Shown here: positions 18,898 to 32,853 of the stretch, piece after piece
How the letters are laid out: the number at the start of each line of letters is the position of its first letter
Position numbering within the stretch: position 1 is the stretch's first letter
Assembly: GCA_034521595.1 (NCBI GenBank)
Contig: JAXHMG010000003.1
Span: forward strand, 480,001 to 544,000
DNA length: 64,000 nt
DNA from: Gemmatimonadota bacterium
GTDB lineage: Bacteria; Gemmatimonadota; Gemmatimonadetes; Longimicrobiales; Gaopeijiaceae
Direction of reading: 5' to 3'
Made by a program: the position numbers and the translations under genes
Notes under the pieces: generated by a model
What the model saw: the letters and a program-made list of their open reading frames with translations, nothing else
Told to the model about the DNA's origin: nothing
The model's database searches: none

Positions 18898-20346
18898 GTG
18901 GCATCGAAGTCCGAAGTGTTCAGCTCCCGCTGGGGGATGCTGCTCGCCATGGTGGGCATGGCCGTGGGAACGGGAAACATTTGGCGCTTTCCCAGGGTTG
19001 CCGCGACGAACGGGGGTGGATCCTTCCTCGTCGCCTGGGTGGTGTTCCTGCTCGCCTGGTCCATCCCGTTGCTCATTCTGGAATTCGGCCTGGGCAAGGG
19101 GACCCGCAAGGGCCCGATCGGTGCCTTCGTCAAGACGCTCGGCCCTGTAGCCGCGTGGATGGGCGCTTGGGTGGCCGTCGTGGCCACCGGCATCATGTTC
19201 TACTACAGCGTCGTCATGGGTTGGACGCTGCGCTTCTTCCTCGGCACGCTCACTGGCGAGGTGCCGGGCAGCGGCGCTCCCGACGCCTTCTGGAACGGCT
19301 TCCATTCCACCCCCCAAGCCCTGGTCACGCACGCCTTGGCGGTCGGCATGGCCGTGTTCGTGGTGTCGAAGGGAGTGCGGGGAATCGAGACGGCCGCTCG
19401 GATCCTGATCCCCAGCCTCGTCGTGCTCGTGATCGTGCTCGCGGTCAAAGCGGTCACGCTTCCGGGCGCCACGGACGGACTCGCGTTTCTGTTCACGCCG
19501 GACCTGGCGGAGTTGGCCGACTACGAGATCTGGCTCCAGGCGCTCACCCAGAACGCATGGGACACCGGGGCGGGGTGGGGGCTCGTCCTGACGTATGCCG
19601 TCTACATGAGAGCCCGTGAGGACACGGCGCTCAATGCCTTCGTGATCGGGTTCGGAAACAATTCGATGTCGCTGCTGGCGGGGATCATGGTGCTGTGCAC
19701 CGTCTTCAGCGTCATGCCGGAGGCCGCCTCGGAGATCGTCGGGGCGGGGAACGAGGGGCTCACGTTCATCTGGATCCCTCAGCTCTTCCAGGAGATTCCC
19801 GGCGGACAGTTCTTCCAGGCGTTGTTCTTCCTCTCTTTGGTGTTCGCCGCTTGGACCAGCTTGGTCGCCATGATCGAGCTCGCGAGCCGGATCCTGATGG
19901 ATCTGGGTGTGGAGCGGCGGCGAGCGGTCACACTGGTGGGGGCTGCCGGACTCCTCTTCGGTCTTCCGAGCGCATTGAACATCGAGATCTTCCGGAATCA
20001 GGACTGGGTCTGGGGGGTCGGGCTGATGATGTCCGGCTTCTTCTTCGCCTTCGCCGTCCTCCGCTACGGGGTGACGCGGTGGCGCGAGACTTTCGTGAAC
20101 CAGGACGGCTCGGATATCGAAATCGGTCCGTGGTGGGATTGGGCGATTCGGTTGGTGGCGCTGGAAGCCGTCGTCCTGGCCGGCTGGTGGCTCTGGAGCG
20201 CGCGCGGGGCGGACTTCCGATCGACGTGGACGTTGTTCAGCTCGTACAACATCGGATCCGTGCTCATCCAGTGGGGGGTGATCATCGGCATCCTGCTGCT
20301 CCTCAACCGGCGACTGGCCCGGCCCTTCGAGGATCGGGACGCCTGA
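18898..20346 (+). CDS. Sodium-dependent transporter, NSS (SNF) family
   Basis: FSSRWG, AVGTGNIWRFP, NGGGSF, GLTFIWIPQLF, AAWTSL. Confidence 0.92.
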   Translation: MASKSEVFSSRWGMLLAMVGMAVGTGNIWRFPRVAATNGGGSFLVAWVVFLLAWSIPLLILEFGLGKGTRKGPIGAFVKTLGPVAAWMGAWVAVVATGIMFYYSVVMGWTLRFFLGTLTGEVPGSGAPDAFWNGFHSTPQALVTHALAVGMAVFVVSKGVRGIETAARILIPSLVVLVIVLAVKAVTLPGATDGLAFLFTPDLAELADYEIWLQALTQNAWDTGAGWGLVLTYAVYMRAREDTALNAFVIGFGNNSMSLLAGIMVLCTVFSVMPEAASEIVGAGNEGLTFIWIPQLFQEIPGGQFFQALFFLSLVFAAWTSLVAMIELASRILMDLGVERRRAVTLVGAAGLLFGLPSALNIEIFRNQDWVWGVGLMMSGFFFAFAVLRYGVTRWRETFVNQDGSDIEIGPWWDWAIRLVALEAVVLAGWWLWSARGADFRSTWTLFSSYNIGSVLIQWGVIIGILLLLNRRLARPFEDRDA

Positions 20347-20352
20347 GCCGCG

Positions 20353-21087
20353 GTGGATTTCCGAACCTTCGAACGGAAAGCCCGTGAGGCGTATGACGAC
20401 ATTCCGGAGGAGTACAAGCACGGGGTGGATGGGCTGCTCGTGTCGCGGGACGCGCCCGCCCATCCGACCCTCCGGGACGTGTACACGCTCGGGGAGTGCC
20501 TGACCGAGGACCATCCTTCGGATTTCGGTGGGCCTGAGACCACGCGATCGGTCATCGCCCTCTACTGGGGATCGTTTCGCGCGCTCTCCAGTCGCTACGA
20601 GGAGTTCGACTGGGAAGAGGAGCTCTGGGAGACCCTGACTCACGAGCTCCGGCATCATCTCGAATCCCTCGCCCGCGAGGATGCCCTCGAGGGTGTCGAC
20701 TACGCGGCCGACGAGACCTTCAAGCGCGACCAGGACCTCCGGTTCGACCCGTGGTATTATCAGCATGGGGACGACCTGGGGGGCGGAGTGTACGCCGTCG
20801 AGGGGGCGCTCTACATCGAGCAGGCTTGGACGCCGGCCGCCTTCGACCGAGCGCAGCGCATCGAGTTCGATTGGGCGGGCCGCCGCTACGCGATCCCCCG
20901 CCCGGAAAGGCTCGGTGACGTGCACTTCGTCTGGCTCGAGGGACTCGACGGAGCGGAGGGCTCGGTGGAGCTGGTGCTTCTGCGCCGGCAAGGGTGGTGG
21001 GAACAGCTTCGGGGGCTGGTCGGCCGGAAACGTCCCGATGTATTCGAATCGCGGGCCCGCGCGGAACCGCTCGAGCGGGAGGGGTAG
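20353..21087 (+). CDS. Zincin-like metallopeptidase family protein
   Basis: ETLTHELRHHLE (HExxH); minimal-zincin-like N-terminus. Confidence 0.75.
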   Translation: MDFRTFERKAREAYDDIPEEYKHGVDGLLVSRDAPAHPTLRDVYTLGECLTEDHPSDFGGPETTRSVIALYWGSFRALSSRYEEFDWEEELWETLTHELRHHLESLAREDALEGVDYAADETFKRDQDLRFDPWYYQHGDDLGGGVYAVEGALYIEQAWTPAAFDRAQRIEFDWAGRRYAIPRPERLGDVHFVWLEGLDGAEGSVELVLLRRQGWWEQLRGLVGRKRPDVFESRARAEPLEREG

Positions 21088-21096
21088 GCGTCGCAC

Positions 21097-21897
21097 ATGG
21101 CACTTCACGACACGTACGCCCGGCGCACGCCGTTCGAGATCGCGTTCCCCGACCCGAGCCGAGCGCAGACGCTCGCGGACCAGGTCTTCGAGGAGGCGCA
21201 GGCGCGGTCGGTCGACCCGCATCATCCGCAGATGTTCGCGACGCTCGGTGCGGTCGGAGGCTTCGTGGAAGAGCTGCGGGATCCGGACGCACCACCGGAG
21301 GCGGCCCATCAGTACGCGGCGCTCGCGTTTCACGGAGTCCACTTCGTGCGCGCGAGCCGGCCCCTGTACCTGCTCGACACCGAAGCGTTGCGGCATCTCG
21401 TGGACCAGGATCCGGGCGGGGATCCCGACCCGCCTTCCGGAGCCGGGTACCTGCAGCTCCCGCAGCATCTCGTATGGATCGAAGCGGAAGGCGCCGAAGG
21501 CGATGCGCCGGAATCGCTGGATGGAGTCTTCTGGACCACGACGCCCGCCGGGATGCTTCACGCGCTGCTGGTCACCGGGTTGCGGCCGGATCGCCCGGGA
21601 GTAGGGGTCATTCCCGTGCCCGAGGCACCGCTCTCCGACGCACCGACCTGGGGGACGACGAACGTGCGTACCGACGGGGAAGGGGAGGATTTCGACAGTT
21701 CCATTCCGGGCGCGGACCTCGACCGGCTCTACGGGATCCGGGCCGCCGGTGAGCCGCTGAAGCTCCTCGCCCGTTTCTTCGCGTATGTCGCGGTGACCCC
21801 GGAAGCGGGAGGTGCGGAGCAGCCGCCGGAAGAGGCCGAGCCGGGCGAGCCCCTCCCCTCCGCTCTCCCCTATACCCGGATTTCGGTGAATGGCTAG
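21097..21897 (+). CDS. Hypothetical protein
   Basis: Fits the operon; overlaps nth start; protein-like composition. Confidence 0.7.
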   Translation: MALHDTYARRTPFEIAFPDPSRAQTLADQVFEEAQARSVDPHHPQMFATLGAVGGFVEELRDPDAPPEAAHQYAALAFHGVHFVRASRPLYLLDTEALRHLVDQDPGGDPDPPSGAGYLQLPQHLVWIEAEGAEGDAPESLDGVFWTTTPAGMLHALLVTGLRPDRPGVGVIPVPEAPLSDAPTWGTTNVRTDGEGEDFDSSIPGADLDRLYGIRAAGEPLKLLARFFAYVAVTPEAGGAEQPPEEAEPGEPLPSALPYTRISVNG

Positions 21898-22540
21898 GGA
21901 GTCGAAGAAGGCACGTCGCGAGCGTGCGGCCACCGTGTACGATCTGCTCCGGGAGGAGTACCCCGACGCGCACTGTGAGCTCGATTACGAGAGCCCGTTC
22001 CAGCTCGCGGTCGCCACGATCCTGTCCGCCCAGACGACGGACGTGCGCGTCAACATGGTCACGCCGGAGCTCTTCCGCCGGTTTCCGGACGCCGAGGCGC
22101 TCGCCAACGCGGCTCAGGAGGAGGTCGAGGAGCTCGTCCGCTCCACGGGCTTCTACCGCAACAAGGCGCGAAACATCATCGGATTCGCCCGTGGGCTCAT
22201 GGCGGATCACGAGGGCGAGGTCCCGGCCGACATGCAAGCGTTGGCCGCTCTGCCCGGCGTGGGACGCAAGACCGCGAACGTGATTCTCGGCAATGCGTTT
22301 GGAATCGACGAAGGTGTCGTCGTCGACACGCACGTGAAGCGGCTTTCCAACCTGCTGGGGTTCACCCGGGAGAAGACGCCGGAAAAGGTGGAGCGCGACC
22401 TGATGGATCTCTTCTCGCGGGAGCAGTGGACGATGCTCGCGCACCTCCTCATCTGGCACGGCCGCCAGGTCTGTGAGGCACGTCGCCCGCGGTGCGAGGC
22501 CTGCGTCATCTCGCATCTGTGCCCCTCGTCCAAGGTGTGA
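21890..22540 (+). CDS. nth: Endonuclease III
   Basis: LVATILSAQ-like motif, LPGVGRKTANV HhH, VDTHV, CxxxxxxCxxCxxxxxC. Confidence 0.95.
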   Translation: MARESKKARRERAATVYDLLREEYPDAHCELDYESPFQLAVATILSAQTTDVRVNMVTPELFRRFPDAEALANAAQEEVEELVRSTGFYRNKARNIIGFARGLMADHEGEVPADMQALAALPGVGRKTANVILGNAFGIDEGVVVDTHVKRLSNLLGFTREKTPEKVERDLMDLFSREQWTMLAHLLIWHGRQVCEARRPRCEACVISHLCPSSKV

Positions 22541-22696
22541 GCCGGAACGTCTTGACCGGCGGCGGGACCGGCAGGCAGCTTGCGGCAAAGGGCCCGACCG
22601 CGCCCGAGAACCGGGGCGGTGGCGTCCGCGACGAACCCGGGGGGATCACGGGCCGTTTGCCGACCACTTTCCCTGACAACCTAGAGGATTCCGTAG

Positions 22697-23262
22697 ATGC
22701 CCGATCGCGCCCAAGCCGTAACCCTCCTCGAGGAGTGGGTCGAGAACGAGGGGCTTCGCACGCACATGTATGCCGTGGAGGCCGCGATGCGCCACTACGC
22801 CCGTCTGCGCGGAGCCGACGAGGATCTGTGGGGTCTGGCCGGGCTGCTCCATGACCTCGATTGGGAGAAGCATCCGGAAGAACATCCTCTGAAGGCCGTC
22901 GCACGGCTCGAGGAGCTCGGCTATCCTGAACCGAAATGCTGCATGCCATCCTGGCGCACCGATCCGATTTCACGGGCGTGGAGCCCGAGACGGAGCTCGA
23001 CAAGGTCCTGATCGCCTGTGACGAGCTCTCGGGCCTCGTGTATGCCGCGTGCTTGGTGCGCCCGAACGGCATCGAAGACCTCAAGCCGAAGTCCGTGGTC
23101 AAGAAGCTGAAGGACAAGACCTTCGCGGCTGGGGTCAGCCGGGAGGAGGTGCAGTGGGGCATGGACCTGATCGGCCTCGAACGCAAGGAGCACATCCAGA
23201 ACGTCATCGACGGCCTCCGCGAGCGGGCCGCGGATTTGGGGCTCCGGGCGCAGGACATCTGA
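22697..23262 (+). pseudogene. HD-domain hydrolase split by one frameshift near 22930 (sequence error or pseudogene)
   Basis: First frame has GLLHDLDWE..HP; second frame continues MLHAILAH..ACDELSGL..KKLKDKTFAAGVSR. Confidence 0.8.
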
Positions 23263-23452
23263 TTCACCCGTTCCCGAGGCAGAGTGGGGCGCTACGGGAA
23301 CTGGCGTTTTGGCGTTCGGGTAGAACCTCTGCATCGGATCCGTCCCTGCTCGGGTCCGTGTGCGCCCTCCGCAGGTGTCTTCTGTGACCGATCGCCGGTT
23401 GGACGAGTGGCTCTTTCACCAGCTTCCCGTCTCGCCCCACTCCCGCAAACCG

Positions 23453-26011
23453 ATGACGCGCTCAGCTATCACGCTCGTAGTCGGAGGCCTCCTACTGGCC
23501 GCCGCGCCGGACCGAGCCGTCTCCCAGGACGTGGAGATGCTCGGACAGCGCTACGGGACGCAGCCGCCGGAGGCGTACTACCGTGAGCGGGCCCGCAACC
23601 CCGATGCATACCGGTTCTCGAGGGGACGAGCGACCCGGATCCGTCCCGCCGGCGCGGCGGGGAGCGGAGACGACGGGTCGGGGGGCGGGGCGGGCGGACC
23701 GCTCCGGATCGCTCGGACCCTCGTCACGGAGTGGTGGAAGGCGACTTTGCGATCCCGGTGGTGCTCGGGCTCTTCGCCGACACCGAAGGCGGTGGGCCGT
23801 ACCCGGCGGACGAGATCGACGGTGAGTATTTCGGCGACGCGCCCGGGACGGTGCGAGCGTACTACGCGGAGGTGTCGGGGGGACGGGTCACGCTGGAGGG
23901 GGTGATCCGGACCGTGGGAGCGCGTGGACGAGCTCAGCACGAGGCGGAGGTGGCGCGGCGACGACGGGGCGCTCAGCGAGCGCGCCACGCTGGGCGAGGG
24001 CGGAATCGGCAACTTCATCTACCAGGCGGTGCAACAGGTCCTCGAGTCGGATCCGGACTTCGACTGGGGCCGGTTCGACAACGACGGCCCCGACGGGATC
24101 CCCAACTCGGGCGACGACGACGGATACGTGGACGCGCTGGCGGTCATGCATCCGACGCCGGGCGCCGAGTGCGACGGGGATCTGTCCCGCATCTGGTCGC
24201 ACAAGTGGAATCTGCGACGAGGCGCTCGAGGGATGAGGAAGGCGTCGGCGTCACGATCGAGACCCCGACGGTGCGGCCCGGGGGTGGCCCGATCCGGATC
24301 GACGACTACTTCGTCGTGCCCGCGATGGCCTGTCCGGATCTCGAGGAGGGCTCCCGGAGCCTGAACGAGATCGGGATCTTCACGCACGAGGTGGGACACG
24401 TGTTCGGGCTGCCGGACCTCTACGACGTGCGCAGCACGTCCGCCCACGCCGGCGTCGGCACCTGGGACCTGATGGCCTCGGGCGCGTGGGGGTGCGACAA
24501 CGATTCACCCGAGTCGCCCTGCCACATGGGTGCGTGGAGCAAGGCCATGCTCGGCTGGGTCGACGTCGTGGAGCTCGACGATGGCGTCGACCATGGGATG
24601 CGAACGTTGGGACCGGTTCAAGACGGGGGCGAGGTCTACCGGGTGCGGGCCCAGGATGGTTCCGGAGAGTACTTTCTGTTGGAGAATCGCACGCCGGTGG
24701 GCTTCGACAGCCAGCTCCACGGCGGTGGCGGTCTGTTGGTGTGGCAGGTGGATCCCGTGCGCGTGTCGAACCGTTGGGGCGCGAACACCGTGAACGGCAG
24801 CGACATGCCGGGGGTGCGCCTCCGCCAGGCGGACGGACGGGACGACCTGGGTCGAGTCGTCGGCGACCGCGGGGACGCGGGTGATCCGTTCCCGGGCGTG
24901 ACGGGAAACACCGTGTTTCACGCGGGCTCCACCCCTGCCGCGACGTCGTATGACGGCACGCCCACGGGCCTCACGGTGCTCGAGATCGAGCCCACGGGCT
25001 CGAACGTCGGGTTCCACGTGCTTACCCGCTTCTCGGCCGTCACGCTCGTCGCCGACGGCTCGGACGGCACGACGAACCTGTTCACGGTGGACGGTGCCGC
25101 GCCGCGCGCGTCCGGCGAGAGCTTCACGGCGGCCCCGTTCAGCACGCGTATCGTCGAGGCGGCGGCGGGCGAGCCGTTGGAACCGGGCGTACGGCGGCCC
25201 TTCGACAGTTGGCTCGACGAGGTCGCCGACCGGGTCCGTTCCGTCGAGATCCCGCTCGAGGACACGACGCTCACGGCCATCTACGATGACGACGCCAAGG
25301 AGGTCCGCCTCGAAGTCACCCTCGACGGGGGGGAGGATGGCATCGTGCCTGCGGTCGTGGAAAGCTTTCCGACGAGCCCGGACCTCTGGTTTCGGGAGCG
25401 CCGGGACGTGTCGGTGGAGGTGAAGCCACGAGCGGGATTCAGCTTCACGGAGTGGACCGGCGCGCTGGAGGGTGAAGCAAACCCCGCGTTCATCACGATG
25501 GATGCGCCGGTTACGGCGGGAGCGATTCTCGAGACCATCTATGAGGTCCCGTCCATGTCGTTTACGCCGGTCGCCGCACGGGACGCGCCGATCGAGCTTT
25601 CGGTCCTGAACGCGACCGACCCGGTGCGTTGGAGTCTCGTCGACGGGAAGCTTCCCGAAGGGCTCTCGCTCCGGAGTGGTGGCGTCGTCTCCGGCGCGGC
25701 GCTCGAGACCGGGACGTTCATCGTGACGGTCCGAGCCCGCGACGCCATCGGGCTCACGGCCGAAGGCGAGGTCACGCTCGAAGTGCACACGCCCGACATC
25801 CCGGGTGCTCGTGCAGCAAGCCCTTTTCTGGGGACGGACGCTTCCGTGTCCGAGGCGGAGAAGCGGTTCCTGGACCGCCGCGGCAACGGGAACGGACGAT
25901 ACGACCTCGGGGACCTCCGGGCCTGGGTCGCCGGTGACGAGGAAGCCACCGGTTCGGCAGAGCCGGTCTCCCGGGCCGAGGTCGGAACCCGACAAGGAGC
26001 GGCGACGGTGA
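23453..26011 (+). pseudogene. Secreted M6 (immune inhibitor A-like) metalloprotease with Ig-like C-terminal domains; several frameshifts
   Basis: Signal peptide from 23453; FDNDGPDG..DGYVD..IWSHKW in one frame, THEVGHVFGLPDLYD and EYFLLENR in another; frame switches near 23715, 23910, 24225 and 25980. Confidence 0.8.
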
Positions 26012-26411
26012 AGGTGACGACAAGGTTGTTCGAGACATTGCTTCTCGCTCATCGCTTGCCGTCATGGCGGTGGCGGGCTGCGATGCGGGACCGAGTGGCC
26101 CGGGGACGCTGGTCGCCACGGTGGATGCCGGCGACGCCTTGGGTGCGGTGACCCTCGAAGTCGTGGGCCCGGCGGTCACGGGCTTCGAAGGCGTTGGAAC
26201 CACACGGGCCTACGGCACCACCGTCTCGGCCAGAGAGAACCGGCACCGAGTGGTGCTCGTCGATCCGGAAGGCGGTGGCACGCTTCAGGTCGGCATCCGG
26301 GTCGAGGACCTTCGCGCGGACCTCCCGACCATCACGGCCGTTTCCGCGGCGGGGACGGACAACCTGGAGCGCGTCACCTCGGACATCGAGGTGAGCGTGG
26401 GCGCCCCCTGA
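26008..26411 (+). CDS. Small lipoprotein; probable frameshift in the signal peptide near 26050
   Basis: AAGGAG RBS then GTG 26008; lipobox-like VAGC lies in the frame of ORF 26064..26411. Confidence 0.6.
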
Positions 26412-26530
26412 CCGGCCGCCCGCGGCTCCCCGGGGACCGTCCGACGATCGCCCGCCTCGGCCACCCTTGCCGCGCGGGGAAGTGAGGCGTACCGTGCGAT
26501 GCGGGGTCCGAGGATCAGGCGAGGTCGCTC

Positions 26531-27094
26531 GTGGAACCAACGGGTCTGGTTTTATTCGGCCGCGCATACCACCTCTGCTCGCGCCTGGGCGGTGTGCAAG
26601 CGGCGCTGTTGTTCTCATTCGCATCGTCCGGATGCGTCGACAGCACCGGTCCGCCTCATCCCCTGATCGTGGAGACGGACTTCGCGCTCAGCCTCGGGAT
26701 CGACCTCGAGGAAATGACCCGGATCGGCGCGGGCGTCTACGTCCAGGACACGATCTCCGGCACCGGGACGAAGGTCGACGTCCACCACAGCGTGTCGTTC
26801 GCGTATGACCTCTTCCTCCCGGATGGACGGCGCGTGCTCCGGCGGGAAGGTGCCCATTTCGTCACCGGGTGTCGGCAGGTGGTGTCGGGCCTGGAGACGG
26901 GCATCCGCGGCATGCGTGTGGGCGGTACGCGCCTGATCGTGGTCCCGCCGCGCATGGGGTACGGGGAGGAGCCGCCGTGGCTGGTCGAAGTCCCGCCCTA
27001 TGCGATCCTCGTCTATTTCGTCGAGCTTCGCGACAGCCGGTCGGTGACGGAGCGCGAGCGACCGTGCGCGGCGGCGCCATCGGTGGCGCCATGA
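26531..27094 (+). CDS. FKBP-type peptidyl-prolyl isomerase (probable lipoprotein)
   Basis: GLETGIRGMRVGGTRLIVVPPRMGYG, ILVYFVEL; SSGC lipobox-like. Confidence 0.85.
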   Translation: MEPTGLVLFGRAYHLCSRLGGVQAALLFSFASSGCVDSTGPPHPLIVETDFALSLGIDLEEMTRIGAGVYVQDTISGTGTKVDVHHSVSFAYDLFLPDGRRVLRREGAHFVTGCRQVVSGLETGIRGMRVGGTRLIVVPPRMGYGEEPPWLVEVPPYAILVYFVELRDSRSVTERERPCAAAPSVAP

Positions 27095-27717
27095 GCCGCA
27101 TGCGGTGGATGCGATCGGCGCTCCTCGCCGCCTCATGGGTGGCTCTGGCCTGTGGACCTCTGGGCGCGCAGGGGTCGTTCTCTCTGGGGGCCGGCTTCGG
27201 GAGCTTCACGGGCGGAGACTTCTCCGGGACGCCTCCCGGAGTGACGGTCGGAGGCGCGTACCATATCGGGTTCGAAGAGACCTTCGACGACGACACCGAG
27301 CTCGCCCTGGGAATCGACTACTCCCGTTACGGAGATCACGGATTCGTCGGGGCCACCAAGCAGCTCGACTACGCGGCGACCCTCCGACGACGGATGCTCG
27401 GGCGGTTGCCGGAGCTGCTGCTCGGAATCCGCTTCGGGTACAGCACCCGGTCTCTGTCGCTGGTCGAAGAACCCGCGCACACGGATGGATTCTTGGCGGG
27501 CCCTGTTCTTTCGCTGAGGGCTCCGACGGGTCTGGGTTGGGCGTTCGATCTCTCGTTGGACGTCCTGTATCACTCCTACGAAGAGCTGATCATGTACGCC
27601 TCGCGGGAGTACGGCACCGATCAGGACGGATTCCGGGTCGTGCTGCGGGCGGGCGTGCTCGTTCCGGTGCTTTCGGGCGAGCGCGGCCGGATCCGCGAGT
27701 CGCCGAACGATCGATGA
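27091..27717 (+). CDS. Exported outer-membrane beta-barrel-like protein
   Basis: ATGA overlap with FKBP gene, signal peptide, alternating Gly/aromatic strands. Confidence 0.65.
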   Translation: MSRMRWMRSALLAASWVALACGPLGAQGSFSLGAGFGSFTGGDFSGTPPGVTVGGAYHIGFEETFDDDTELALGIDYSRYGDHGFVGATKQLDYAATLRRRMLGRLPELLLGIRFGYSTRSLSLVEEPAHTDGFLAGPVLSLRAPTGLGWAFDLSLDVLYHSYEELIMYASREYGTDQDGFRVVLRAGVLVPVLSGERGRIRESPNDR

Positions 27718-27893
27718 CGCTCGCCGGCCGGTCGGCGGCCCGATCTCGCCCCGGACGCGCTTGCCTGCACCCGCGAGTTCCATCACCTTACTCAGGCCTT
27801 CCGGCGGGCCCCTTCCCGAGGGGCGAAAGTCGGCCGGACCCGGCCATCCCTTGATCACCACTCCAGGCCGCCTGCACGGAGGAGGAGCAGTCC

Positions 27894-28010
27894 ATGACCG
27901 GAGCCACGTGGATCACGATGTTCGCGATCGTCGGCTTCGTCTGGGGTGGCTTCCTCCTCGTTCTGCTTACCGCGATCCGCAAAGAGTCCGGCAAGCTGGG
28001 CGATGAGTAG
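27894..28010 (+). CDS. 38-aa MetS-like NSS transporter small subunit
   Basis: Absent from the ORF track; GGAGGAGGAG RBS; MTGATWITMFAIVGFVWGGFLLVLLTAIRKESGKLGDE with the WGG motif. Confidence 0.75.
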   Translation: MTGATWITMFAIVGFVWGGFLLVLLTAIRKESGKLGDE

Positions 28011-28055
28011 CATGCTTTCCCGCGTGCGGTGGCCCGGCATACCCGAGCGCTCCAC

Positions 28056-31300
<3,245 letters not shown>

Positions 31301-31304
<4 letters not shown>

Positions 31305-32281
31305 GCTCGGTGACCACGGGGTTTTACCTGCACCCCGCGTCCCCTCTCCACGATACCGGCTGGAGCCATCCCGAGCATCAGGGGCGCTTGCGAGCGCTGG
31401 CCTCGACCGTGGGTAATGACTTGCTCACGCTGCACGGGCACGTGACACCGTTCGAGCCGGAGGAAGCTGGCGAGGCCGAGATTCGGCGGGTCCACGAGGA
31501 CGGCCACGTCGAGCGGGTGAGGCGTGCGGTTTCGATGGCGAAGGAGCGTGATGCGATTGTCTCGATCGACGCGGACACCAAAGTTTCAGGTGAGTCGTGG
31601 GACGCTGCGGTGGGCAGTGCCGGAGCCGGCATCGCGGCCGCGAGAGCGGTCGCCGAAGGGGAGATACGTAACGCCTTCGTCGCGGCGCGTCCTCCGGGCC
31701 ATCACGCGACGCCGGGTCGTTCCATGGGCTTCTGCCTGTTCAACAACGTCGCCATCGCCGCGCGGTGGCTGCAGGCCGAGGGTTACGCGAAGCGCGTGCT
31801 GATCGTGGATTGGGACGTGCATCACGGGAACGGGACGCAAGATGCTTTCTACGAGGATCCGGACGTGTTCTTCCTGTCCTTCCATCAGTCACCGCACTAT
31901 CCCGGCACGGGTGCGGCGAGTGAAACGGGCTCGGGCCCCGGTGAGGGAAGCACGCGCAACGTGCCGCTGCCGGCGGGCACGCCGCGAGACGAGTACATGG
32001 ACACCTTCGAGCGCGAGTTGAGCGGGGCCGCGGCTCGTTTCCGGCCCGACTTCGTCCTTACGTCCGCCGGCTTCGACGTGCTCGCCGGGGACCCGTTGGG
32101 CGGGATGCTCCTCGAGCCGCAGGACCTGCACGCGATGACGCGCCGCATCGTGGAGGTGGGGGCCGAGCAGTGCGACGCACGAGTGGTCACGTTCCTGGAA
32201 GGAGGATACGTCCCGGAGAGGCTCGGTGCGGGAGCGGTCGCCGTGATTCGCGCGCTCGCCGATCTCGAGGTCCCGGCATGA
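31301..32281 (+). CDS. Histone-deacetylase family amidohydrolase
   Basis: [40 protein letters not shown]. Confidence 0.93.
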
Positions 32282-32805
32282 AGTCCGGGAGGAGCGTCCT
32301 GCTCGCGGTCTTGGCCGTATCCGTGTCGGTTCTCTGGGCGGGATCGCTCGCGGGTCAGGACCGACCGGCCGCGGCCGACACGGCACCCGAGCGTGCCGTC
32401 ACGGTCCACCCCGAGGCACGACGCGCCATCTCCGAGCTGCGCTCGCCATACTGTCCCGGGCTGATGCTCGAGGTCTGTCCATCCCCGCAGGCCGCGGAGC
32501 TTCGGGACTCCATCGACGCGCTGGCTCGTGCCGGGCTTTCGGCGGACTCCATCGTGGAACGGGTACTCGGGGAGCACGGCGAGGAGTGGCGCGCCGTGCC
32601 CCGGCGAGAGGGGGCGGGTTGGTGGGCTTGGCTCTTGCCTCCATTCGCGCTCCTGTTGGGCCTCGGAGTGGTTGCGGTGCTGCTGGCGCGGAAACGTCGA
32701 GCGAGATCGGCGGAGGGGTCGTTTTCGGAGCCCGACGAGGCGGACCGGGAGCGGCTGGACAGGGCTCTCGAAGAGCTGGATCGATCCGAGCATCCGGACT
32801 GGTGA
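32278..32805 (+). CDS. ccmH: CcmH/CycL-like cytochrome c biogenesis protein
   Basis: Signal peptide, LRSPYCPGLMLEVCPS..AELR, W-LPP TM segment. Confidence 0.7.
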   Translation: MKSGRSVLLAVLAVSVSVLWAGSLAGQDRPAAADTAPERAVTVHPEARRAISELRSPYCPGLMLEVCPSPQAAELRDSIDALARAGLSADSIVERVLGEHGEEWRAVPRREGAGWWAWLLPPFALLLGLGVVAVLLARKRRARSAEGSFSEPDEADRERLDRALEELDRSEHPDW

Positions 32806-32853
32806 GCCGAGGAGTCGTTGCTCGTCGGGCGCGGCCCCCTACCTTTCCTCCCT

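Noticed and set aside
18877-21933. 1018-aa minus-strand ORF
   Set aside because: Antisense shadow of three well-supported plus-strand genes; no motifs; expected in GC-rich DNA
22915-22945. Programmed ribosomal frameshift in the HD gene
   Set aside because: No slippery heptamer; lies in an indel-rich stretch
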